Assembly: GCA_021161555.1 (NCBI GenBank)
Contig: JAGHAI010000087.1
Span: 1-14,995, forward strand
From: a bacterium
GTDB lineage: Bacteria; UBP14; UBA6098; B30-G16
DNA: 14,995 nucleotides
Reading direction: 5' to 3'
Part shown: in pieces, positions 8,788-14,995 of the stretch
How positions within the stretch are numbered: position 1 is the stretch's first letter
How the letters are laid out: each line of letters opens with the position of its first letter
Notes under the pieces: generated by a model
Told to the model about the DNA's origin: nothing
What the model saw: the letters and a program-made list of their open reading frames with translations, nothing else
Databases searched by the model: none
Program-made: the position numbers and the translations under genes

Positions 8788-9048
8788 TCATCTATATATA
8801 TACACGACATAGGGTATGAGCGCCAGAAAGCGCGCACGCTTGATTTCCTTTGCCAATCTTCTCTGATGTTTCGCACAAACACCGGAATTTCTGCGCGCAA
8901 CAATCTTCCCCCGTTCGCTGACAAATCTCCTCAACAAATCGAAATTCTTATAATCAATTTCAAGCGAAGGATTTGTGCAAAACGGACAGGGTTTGTGCCT
9001 GCGATGGTCCTTTCGTTTATTTTTCTTCTGATTTCTCTTCGATGCCAT
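8788..9048 (-). CDS. rpsR: 30S ribosomal protein S18
   Basis: CPFC...[50 protein letters not shown] is the canonical S18 sequence. AAGGAAGG lies upstream. Confidence 0.92.
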   Translation of the reverse strand: MASKRNQKKNKRKDHRRHKPCPFCTNPSLEIDYKNFDLLRRFVSERGKIVARRNSGVCAKHQRRLAKEIKRARFLALIPYVVYIYR

Positions 9049-9071
9049 AAAAACCTTCCTTTATAATGTTT

Positions 9072-9632
9072 TTAATCATTAGAATCTTTTTCTTCATCGG
9101 CAGTGCCTTCTGCATCGCCAGCCTCTTCGGAATCTTCCTGCGCAGAAGCACCTTCCTCGTTCACATTATCATCGGACGGTGTTTCGGTCACTTCTGTGGC
9201 GCTTTCCGCTTCTTCCACTGCCGTAGATGTTTCCTCAATCTTTTCGCTTTCTGCAATGGCTTTATCTTCTTCTACAGATTCCTGCACCGCCTCTGGCTGT
9301 GCTTTATTCTGAATATCTTCAAGATACTGCTTTGCATTGCTCTTTGCCCTGATGATAAGATAGCGCAAAACCTTCTCGTCCATTTTCAGGGCAGATGATA
9401 ACAAAGCAGGCACTTCAATCCCCGCGCGGAATAGATAATACACATATTGTCCCGATGTGCGCTTTTTAATCGGATATGCGAAGTTTCTCAATCCCCAATC
9501 CGCTTTTCCAATAAACTCCGAACTTCGCTTTTCAACCAGTGAACTCACAAGGTCAATCTCACGACGAATGTCGGCTTCATCGCCCTGAGCATCGAAAATT
9601 ACTACCATTTCGTAAAGTTTTTCCTTTGCCAT
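9072..9632 (-). CDS. rpsF: 30S ribosomal protein S6 with an extended acidic C-terminal tail of about 85 aa
   Basis: YEMVVIFDAQ...WGLRNFAYPIKKRTSGQYVYYLF is the S6 core. The C-terminal 80-90 aa are more than 40% D/E (EEAESATEVTETPSDDNVNEEGASAQEDSEEAGDAEGTADEEKDSND). A GAAAGAGG ribosome-binding site is present. Confidence 0.9.
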   Translation of the reverse strand: MAKEKLYEMVVIFDAQGDEADIRREIDLVSSLVEKRSSEFIGKADWGLRNFAYPIKKRTSGQYVYYLFRAGIEVPALLSSALKMDEKVLRYLIIRAKSNAKQYLEDIQNKAQPEAVQESVEEDKAIAESEKIEETSTAVEEAESATEVTETPSDDNVNEEGASAQEDSEEAGDAEGTADEEKDSND

Positions 9633-9674
9633 AAAAACCTCTTTCGATTTGAATTTATCTTAAATATTCTGTAA

Positions 9675-9702
9675 AAATTAAAACTAAAAAAAAATTTCGC
9701 AA
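9675..9702 (-). promoter_or_regulatory. Putative promoter of the rpsF-rpsR-rplI operon (minus strand): TTGCGA, 16-bp spacer, TAATTT
   Basis: On the minus strand, TTGCGA (9702..9697), a 16-nt spacer and TAATTT (9680..9675) lie about 45 nt upstream of the rpsF ATG. The same -10 hexamer and spacing occur in two other promoters in this window. Confidence 0.3.
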
Positions 9703-9769
9703 GTATTTTTTCATAAAATTATTAAAGTAAAAAACTTTTGTTAAATATGTTAAAATTATCACAAATAAC

Positions 9770-9797
9770 TTGACCTATCCATTTTTTTAGATATGTT
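9770..9797 (+). promoter_or_regulatory. Putative promoter of the malic enzyme gene: TTGACC, 16-bp spacer, TATGTT
   Basis: Located in the AT-rich divergent intergenic region, about 30 nt upstream of the ATG at 9829. An AGGAGG ribosome-binding site lies at 9818-9823. Confidence 0.3.
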
Positions 9798-9828
9798 TGA
9801 ACACTCATAAACTTTATAGGAGGCAGTT

Positions 9829-11187
9829 ATGTCTGACGAAAAGATTTCCCGCGAACAACTCATCGCAAAATCCGAAAAACCGGGCAAGGATGCGATGAAA
9901 TTACATCCATTTTATCAGGGCAAAATCCAGATTACATCCAAATGCGTGGTGCGCAATATGGATGATTTTGCAATCTGGTACACCCCTGGAGTTGCCAAGC
10001 CGTGCCTGGCAATAAAGGACGACCCACTATCCGTTTATGAGCACACCAACAAGGGGAACTTCGTCGCTGTCGTCTCCGACGGCACCCGTGTTCTTGGACT
10101 TGGAGACATTGGACCCGAAGCCGGTCTTCCCGTGATGGAAGGAAAAGCGTTGCTTTTCAAATATCTCGGCGGCGTAGATGCCTTCCCGATAATGGTGGAT
10201 ACGAAAGACCCCGACGAAATTATAGATTTCGTGCTTAAATTACAGCCGACTTTCGGCGGAGTAAACCTCGAAGACCTATCCCAGCCAAAATGTTTCTACA
10301 TTCTGGAAGAACTGCGTAAAAAGGCACACATTCCCGTGTGGCACGACGACCAACAGGGAACAGCGGCAGTCACAGTTGCCGGACTCATAAATGCGGTAAA
10401 AGTTGTAAACAAAAAACTGGAAGATGTAAAAGTTGCTATGGTCGGCGTCGGTGCGTCGAATGTGAGAATTGCGCACCAATTGTTCCTTGCGGGCGTCAAC
10501 CCTAAGAATGTCATAATGTGCGATTCAAAGGGAACACTCCACACCGAACGCGAAGATGCGGAAATTCTTGCCACAAAATTCAAGGAAAAATGGGAACTTG
10601 CCCAGATGACAAACCCCGAAAAAGTTAGAGGCGGCATTCCCGAAGCGATGAAGGACGCAGATGTCCTGATTGCCCTCTCAAAACCTGGTCCCGGAGTGAT
10701 ATTGCCTGAATGGGTAAAACTTATGGCATCCAAGGCAATCGTCTTTGCCTGTGCGAATCCCGTTCCCGAAATATATCCCTGGGATGCAAAGGAAGCGGGA
10801 GCCACAATCGTCGCCACGGGACGCTCCGACTTTCCCAATCAGGTAAACAATTCGCTCGGATTCCCCGGCATATTCCGCGGCACTCTCGATGTGCGGGCAA
10901 AAACTATCACCGATGAGATGTGCCTCGCCGCAGCAAGGGAACTTGCAAAAGTAGCTGAAGACAATGGTATTCACGAAGACTACATCATTCCCACTATGGA
11001 AGAATGGGAAGTTTTCCCCCGCGAAGCCGCTGCTGTGGGAATGAAGGCAGTCGAGCAGGGAGTTGCACAAATCACGCGAACCCGAGACGAACTGCTCAAA
11101 ATGGCGGAAGAAAAAATTTCAAACGCCAGAAATGTCATCCAATTCCTGATGAATGAAAAATTTATCCCGCCAGCACCAGAAGACTGA
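9829..11187 (+). CDS. NAD(P)-dependent malic enzyme (malate dehydrogenase, oxaloacetate-decarboxylating), short bacterial form
   Basis: The WYTPGVA, VVSDGTRVLGLGDIGP, EGKALLFKYLGGVDA, LEDL and GTAAVTVAGLINA motifs are typical of the malic enzyme N-terminal and NAD-binding domains. Length is 452 aa. Confidence 0.9.
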   Translation: MSDEKISREQLIAKSEKPGKDAMKLHPFYQGKIQITSKCVVRNMDDFAIWYTPGVAKPCLAIKDDPLSVYEHTNKGNFVAVVSDGTRVLGLGDIGPEAGLPVMEGKALLFKYLGGVDAFPIMVDTKDPDEIIDFVLKLQPTFGGVNLEDLSQPKCFYILEELRKKAHIPVWHDDQQGTAAVTVAGLINAVKVVNKKLEDVKVAMVGVGASNVRIAHQLFLAGVNPKNVIMCDSKGTLHTEREDAEILATKFKEKWELAQMTNPEKVRGGIPEAMKDADVLIALSKPGPGVILPEWVKLMASKAIVFACANPVPEIYPWDAKEAGATIVATGRSDFPNQVNNSLGFPGIFRGTLDVRAKTITDEMCLAAARELAKVAEDNGIHEDYIIPTMEEWEVFPREAAAVGMKAVEQGVAQITRTRDELLKMAEEKISNARNVIQFLMNEKFIPPAPED

Positions 11188-11203
11188 AGCAGATACAAAC
11201 TTC

Positions 11204-11231
11204 TTGACAAATATCGGGATAAAAATAATTT
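11204..11231 (+). promoter_or_regulatory. Promoter of tRNA-Glu: TTGACA, 16-bp spacer, TAATTT
   Basis: A perfect -35 at 11204-11209 and a -10 at 11226-11231. The predicted transcription start is 7-9 nt before the tRNA 5' end at 11241. Confidence 0.45.
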
Positions 11232-11240
11232 TTCCAAAAC

Positions 11241-11312
11241 GGCGGTATCGTCTAGGGGTCAGGACAGGTGATTCTCAGTCATCAGACCGGGGTTCGATTC
11301 CCCGTACCGCTG
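11241..11312 (+). tRNA. tRNA-Glu (anticodon CUC)
   Basis: Manual cloverleaf: acceptor GGCGGTA/TACCGCT (G1-U71), a 3-4 bp D-stem GTC(T)/(G)GAC, anticodon stem GGTGA/TCATC with loop TTCTCAG, a 4-nt variable loop, T-stem CGGGG/CCCCG with loop TTCGATT, discriminator G. CCA is not encoded. The D-arm is like E. coli tRNA-Glu. A T6 run follows. Confidence 0.8.
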
Positions 11313-11478
11313 TTTTTTAATCAAAACAACCTAAATTTTCCTTTTGTTCTGCCATCTAACCTTTATATTGGAAGTTGTATTCATTTTAATGTATGTAATC
11401 CTCAAGCACAGAAATTTTCTCGGCAAACATAATGTAGTTTGGCATTTATTATGTAGACAACACCAATAAGGAGGAACT

Positions 11479-12240
11479 ATGGGTGGAGCAGGAATTCTTA
11501 TAATTGTTATTTTCATTATTCTCGCAAGTATGCTCAGGGTGCTTCGTGAATATGAGCGCGGGGTAATTTTCAGACTCGGCAGAATAATCGGTGCGAAAGG
11601 TCCCGGGCTAATTATTCTCATTCCCATCATCGACAAGATGGTGCGCGTGAGCCTGCGAACAGTCGTTCACGATGTGCCGCCTCAGGACATAATCACGAAG
11701 GACAATGTATCAGTTCAGGTCAATGCTGTTGTATATTTCCGCGTCCTCGACCCCGTAAAAGCCGTTCTCGAAGTGGAAAATTATCTATACGCAACAAGCC
11801 AACTGGCGCAGACTACTCTTCGCTCCGTTCTCGGCGAAGTCGAACTCGACGACCTTCTATCGTCCCGCGAAGAAATCAATCATAGATTGCAGGAAATCAT
11901 AGATAGGGAAACAGACCCCTGGGGGATAAAAGTATCTATGGTGGAAATAAAGCATGTTGACCTTCCCGAGGAGATGAAGCGCGCTATGGCTGCTCAGGCA
12001 GAAGCGGAGCGAGAGAGACGAGCGAAAATTATCTCTGCACAGGGGGAATATCAGGCGGCAGAAAAACTGACACAGGCGGCAGAAATTATGAGCAAATATC
12101 CTGCAGCATTGCAACTGCGCTACCTGCAGACATTGAATGTAATCGCCGCTGAAAACAACTCGACCACTGTCTTTCCAATACCGCTCGAAATGCTGAGACC
12201 ATTTATGACAGCATATTACGGAAACAAGGACAATCAATAG
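11479..12240 (+). CDS. SPFH/band-7 (stomatin/prohibitin-like) membrane protein
   Basis: An N-terminal TM segment ([15 protein letters not shown]) followed by [12 protein letters not shown], ..[27 protein letters not shown] and a coiled-coil [16 protein letters not shown] region. AAGGAGG is present. Confidence 0.9.
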   Translation: MGGAGILIIVIFIILASMLRVLREYERGVIFRLGRIIGAKGPGLIILIPIIDKMVRVSLRTVVHDVPPQDIITKDNVSVQVNAVVYFRVLDPVKAVLEVENYLYATSQLAQTTLRSVLGEVELDDLLSSREEINHRLQEIIDRETDPWGIKVSMVEIKHVDLPEEMKRAMAAQAEAERERRAKIISAQGEYQAAEKLTQAAEIMSKYPAALQLRYLQTLNVIAAENNSTTVFPIPLEMLRPFMTAYYGNKDNQ

Positions 12241-12254
12241 ACGGAGGATGCTAT

Positions 12255-12752
12255 ATGGCAAACAGATTCGATGAACGCGGGTTTCTTGTAATCCCCGACC
12301 CGAGAGAATTGCGAAGAGAAAGAAGAGAAAAGAAAGAAGCGGAGAATAAGGTGATAGTTGTCAAAAGCGCATATTGCCCAAATGGACACGATTTAATGTG
12401 GGATTATGCCAGTTTTTGCGGATATGCCGGTATTCGCATCGGTGCGGAGAAACCAAACGGCGAAAAAGGTGAAATTGTGCTTTCACCCATTTTCGGCGAC
12501 CATTCGAGAATCTCACTCGGCATAAAACTAATCGACGGCGAGAAACTGAAACTTTTCTGTCCCGAATGCGGAGCGGAAATTCCCGTTCTAACGAAATGCG
12601 AAAACTGTGAACAGGGCGAAATCAGAGTGCTGTCTCTCGCCAGGAATTTCGATATAGCAAACGGAATCGCCTTCTGCGATGTGGTGGGATGCCCAAGTTC
12701 ATACATCGTCGATTCCGGCGAACTGATTGAACAGGCATATCTCGAAGGATAA
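12255..12752 (+). CDS. Cys-rich zinc-ribbon protein with no recognisable family (165 aa, no signal peptide or TM)
   Basis: A GGAGG ribosome-binding site, and a start 14 nt after the SPFH stop. Motifs are C41-x3-H45, C55, CPEC (102-105), CENC (115-118), C141 and C146. No hydrophobic segment. Confidence 0.7.
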   Translation: MANRFDERGFLVIPDPRELRRERREKKEAENKVIVVKSAYCPNGHDLMWDYASFCGYAGIRIGAEKPNGEKGEIVLSPIFGDHSRISLGIKLIDGEKLKLFCPECGAEIPVLTKCENCEQGEIRVLSLARNFDIANGIAFCDVVGCPSSYIVDSGELIEQAYLEG

Positions 12753-12758
12753 ATTTCG

Positions 12759-13613
12759 ATGCCCGAAAGCAAAAAATATTTTCTGGCAATTTTTACAGTT
12801 GTCATCGCGACAATTACATTCTGGGGATGCTTTCAGCCTTCATACATCCGCAGGGTAAACTTAATCCATCTGGGGAGCGGCGCAAAAGATACCGACGGCA
12901 TCGAAAACATTTTTTGGGGAATACCTGAATCCGACGCCGATACTGTGATTAACAGAATTGGATATTCGCTCGGATACAGTTATAAATTGAAACTCGCCGT
13001 CTGGGTTTCCTATTATTCCCGTCAGGAATGGGTGAAATCCCGACAACTTACGGGACGGCACTGGAGCGAAGACACTTCTCTTCCACAGGGCACATACGCC
13101 ACACTGGACGACTATTACAAATCAGGATACGACAGAGGACACCTCGCTATGCAGGCGGATATGCGAGGACGCTCGGGAGAATGCGAAAGAGAAGCTTGCC
13201 TGCTATCCAATGTCGCGCCGCAAAAACCCGAATTCAATCGTGGAATATGGAACATTCTCGAGGAAAAAATACGAGATTATGTCGAAGAGGATGGCGACTG
13301 CTGGATAGTGGATGGTCCTGTGTTTTACAGCGATGAATACGAAACAATTGGCGATAATAAAATTCCCGTTCCCGACGCATTTTATAAAATCGTCATCGAT
13401 ACAGCAGACGGCAATGTATTTGCATATTCCTTCATCATTCCAAACAAAGACTCTGATTTGCCGCTCGATTCTTTCGCCGTCTCAATCGACAGCATCGAAT
13501 TCGTCACTGATATCGACTTTTTTAATGAATTGCCCGATAATGTGGAAAAAGAACTGGAATCGCAGAAAAATCTTATTGGCAACAAAATCGTCAGGATGGA
13601 CAATAATTTATGA
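12759..13613 (+). CDS. Secreted or lipoprotein DNA/RNA non-specific endonuclease (Serratia NucA / Endonuclease_NS family, DRGH motif)
   Basis: The N-terminal signal ends at a lipobox-like TFWGC. The catalytic DRGH motif (GYDRGHLA) is present, as is the Mg-binding Asn context SNVAPQKPEFNRGIW typical of the family. The start is 6 nt after the upstream stop. Confidence 0.85.
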   Translation: MPESKKYFLAIFTVVIATITFWGCFQPSYIRRVNLIHLGSGAKDTDGIENIFWGIPESDADTVINRIGYSLGYSYKLKLAVWVSYYSRQEWVKSRQLTGRHWSEDTSLPQGTYATLDDYYKSGYDRGHLAMQADMRGRSGECEREACLLSNVAPQKPEFNRGIWNILEEKIRDYVEEDGDCWIVDGPVFYSDEYETIGDNKIPVPDAFYKIVIDTADGNVFAYSFIIPNKDSDLPLDSFAVSIDSIEFVTDIDFFNELPDNVEKELESQKNLIGNKIVRMDNNL

Positions 13614-13640
13614 AAAAATTCAGGTCAGGAGGATATTGAT

Positions 13641-14819
13641 ATGCACTATCATTTGACCGCAGAACAACAGGAAATGGCGGAAAAGGCAAGAAAAATCGCC
13701 GTCGAAAAAATTCTGCCAATTCGAAAAAAATACGATAAAGAAGGCGGTTTTCCGTGGGAAGTGGTCGAGGCACTGGCGGAAGCGGGACTTTTTAAGGTGT
13801 TCATCCCCGAAGAAAACGGCGGAATTGTGCGCGAAGGAAACGGCATCACAAATATGTGCCTTGTCACAGAGGAACTCTCTCGAATATGCGGCGGCATCGC
13901 TCTGGCATACGCAGGAACAGGACTCGGCGCATTCCCGATTATACTCTTCGGAAACGCAGAACAAAAACAAAAATTCCTATCTCCAATTGCTCGCGGAGAA
14001 AAACTCGCCGCATTCGCTCTCACCGAAGCGGATGCAGGTTCCGACGCAGGGGCAATCAAAACGACGGCGCGAAAAGATGGCGACTTCTACTATCTGAACG
14101 GCACGAAAATCTTCATCACAAACGGCGGCGAAGCGGACATCTATACAGTCCTCGCTCTCACCGCACAAGAAAAAGGTGCTCGCGGCGCATCAATGTTCAT
14201 CGTCGAAAAGGGAACGGAAGGTTTTGAGTTCGGCAGAAAAGAGGACAAAATGGGAATCCGCGGAAGCGTCACAAAAGAATTGATATTCAACGATGTAAAA
14301 GTTCCCGCAGAAAACCTGCTCGGACGAGAAGGATTGGGGTTCATCGTCGCGATGCGCACATTCGACACATCGCGCCCTGGCGTTGCGGCACAGGCACTCG
14401 GAATCGCCCAGGGCGCAATCGATGAACTGCTGAAAATCACATATTCGCACGAACACGAAGGAAAACACCTGCTCGCACACCAGGGAATTCAATGGAAAAT
14501 CGCAGATATGTATGCCGAACTTTACGCCGCAAGAGCATTGGTATATCAGGTCGCATCACTCGTAGACAGGGGAAAAGCAAAAGAAGTTTCACATCTATCG
14601 GCGATGGCAAAGATGTTCGCATCAGATGTCGCTATGAAAATATCATCACAAGCACTGGAAATCGTCGGCGGAGAAGCATATACATCCGAAATGCCCCTCG
14701 AAAAAATGATGCGCGACGCAAAAATCACGCAAATATACGAAGGAACTAACCAGATTCAGCGAAACATCATCGGCGGACACATCCTCAAAGAAGCGGGAAA
14801 ACTGGCAACGAAAAATTAG
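13641..14819 (+). CDS. Acyl-CoA dehydrogenase (short/medium-chain, butyryl-CoA dehydrogenase-like)
   Basis: AFALTEADAGSDAGAIKTTA, YYLNGTKIFITNGG and a C-terminal YEGTNQIQRNIIGGHILKE (catalytic Glu and YEGT signature). A CAGGAGGA ribosome-binding site is present. Confidence 0.9.
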   Translation: MHYHLTAEQQEMAEKARKIAVEKILPIRKKYDKEGGFPWEVVEALAEAGLFKVFIPEENGGIVREGNGITNMCLVTEELSRICGGIALAYAGTGLGAFPIILFGNAEQKQKFLSPIARGEKLAAFALTEADAGSDAGAIKTTARKDGDFYYLNGTKIFITNGGEADIYTVLALTAQEKGARGASMFIVEKGTEGFEFGRKEDKMGIRGSVTKELIFNDVKVPAENLLGREGLGFIVAMRTFDTSRPGVAAQALGIAQGAIDELLKITYSHEHEGKHLLAHQGIQWKIADMYAELYAARALVYQVASLVDRGKAKEVSHLSAMAKMFASDVAMKISSQALEIVGGEAYTSEMPLEKMMRDAKITQIYEGTNQIQRNIIGGHILKEAGKLATKN

Positions 14820-14906
14820 CAATGCAAATTTTTAAGTCGATGAGACTGGCACAATATAAGCGACAACAAGGAGCGACCTCTCGCAGACCGAAGGCTGGAT
14901 GGTCAA

Positions 14907-14939
14907 GCGGAACGCTTGCGGAACGCTTGCGGAACGCTT
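14907..14939. repeat. Direct tandem repeat (GCGGAACGCTT) x3, period 11 bp
   Basis: Three exact copies at 14907-14917, 14918-14928 and 14929-14939. Confidence 0.8.
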
Positions 14940-14941
14940 CT

Positions 14942-14976
14942 GGGGGAAACCTCTTTTGAAAAAGAGGCTTTCCCCC
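14942..14976. other. Long imperfect inverted repeat (about 15-bp stem with one bulge) lacking a U-tract
   Basis: GGGGGAAACCTCTTTT-gaa-AAAGAGGCTTTCCCCC, with the flank AAACCCCC. It sits about 120 nt downstream of the acyl-CoA dehydrogenase stop, at the window edge. Confidence 0.5.
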
Positions 14977-14995
14977 AAACCCCCTTCCAGAAAAC

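Noticed and set aside
9049-9071. Missing ssb or priB between rpsF and rpsR
   Set aside because: Many bacterial lineages have rpsF-rpsR-rplI without ssb. The 23-bp gap carries the rpsR ribosome-binding site, so nothing is missing or degraded.
9066-9398. + strand ORFs (110 aa and 69 aa) rich in Ser/Ala/Phe, opposite rpsF
   Set aside because: They are the mirror image of the D/E-rich S6 tail codons (GAA/GAT on one strand, TTC/ATC on the other), so they are low-complexity artefacts.
10296-11070. Minus-strand ORFs of 180 and 130 aa inside the malic enzyme gene
   Set aside because: The malic enzyme frame carries unmistakable family motifs, and the antisense ORFs have none.
11313-11478. Promoter for the SPFH operon (TTGGAA...TGTATGTAAT around 11366-11400)
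   Set aside because: Several equally weak -35/-10 combinations are possible and none matches the TTGACA-N16-TAATTT pattern seen elsewhere. The call is too ambiguous without transcription start data.
13856-14227. Arg-rich 123-aa ORF in an alternate + frame of the acyl-CoA dehydrogenase gene
   Set aside because: It is an alternate-frame artefact. The dehydrogenase frame has the canonical YEGTNQIQ and catalytic motifs throughout.
14907-14939. Possible CRISPR or minisatellite at the 3' edge
   Set aside because: There are only three 11-bp units with no spacers, and no cas genes nearby, so this is not a CRISPR array. It is kept as a plain tandem repeat.
14942-14976. Intrinsic terminator for the acyl-CoA dehydrogenase gene
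   Set aside because: The stem is strong but neither strand has a U-tract after it, so I did not call it a terminator. It is listed only as a hairpin.

Overview
The window reads as a chromosomal segment from a non-Bacteroidia FCB-group bacterium. The main evidence is a type IX secretion (T9SS) C-terminal sorting domain together with strong GGAGG Shine-Dalgarno sites on every gene; GC content is moderate and coding density is high. About half the window (114..7400, + strand) is one 2428-aa secreted, acidic, Cys/Trp/Tyr-rich protein. It consists of a signal peptide, about 14 tandem Cys-rich Ig-like modules of two alternating types (A and B) that end in DxAGN motifs, three carboxypeptidase-regulatory-like beta-sandwich domains and a T9SS (Por) C-terminal domain. 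It is most likely a surface adhesin or S-layer-like cargo. Inside it, a 750-bp two-module unit is tandemly duplicated and contains 71-bp and 95-bp blocks of perfect or near-perfect identity. A rho-independent terminator follows the gene. Convergent on the minus strand is a ribosomal operon, rpsF (S6 with a long acidic tail), rpsR and rplI, followed by a 6-TM membrane protein. Then, on the + strand, come an NAD(P)-malic enzyme, a stand-alone tRNA-Glu(CUC) with its own promoter, and a tightly packed operon of an SPFH/stomatin-like protein, a Cys-rich zinc-ribbon protein, a secreted Serratia-family (DRGH) non-specific endonuclease and an acyl-CoA dehydrogenase. The 3' edge has an 11-mer x3 tandem repeat and a long imperfect hairpin without a U-tract. 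I found no mobile elements, CRISPR or obvious defence islands. The novel material is the giant repeat protein and the SPFH-ZnR-nuclease arrangement.
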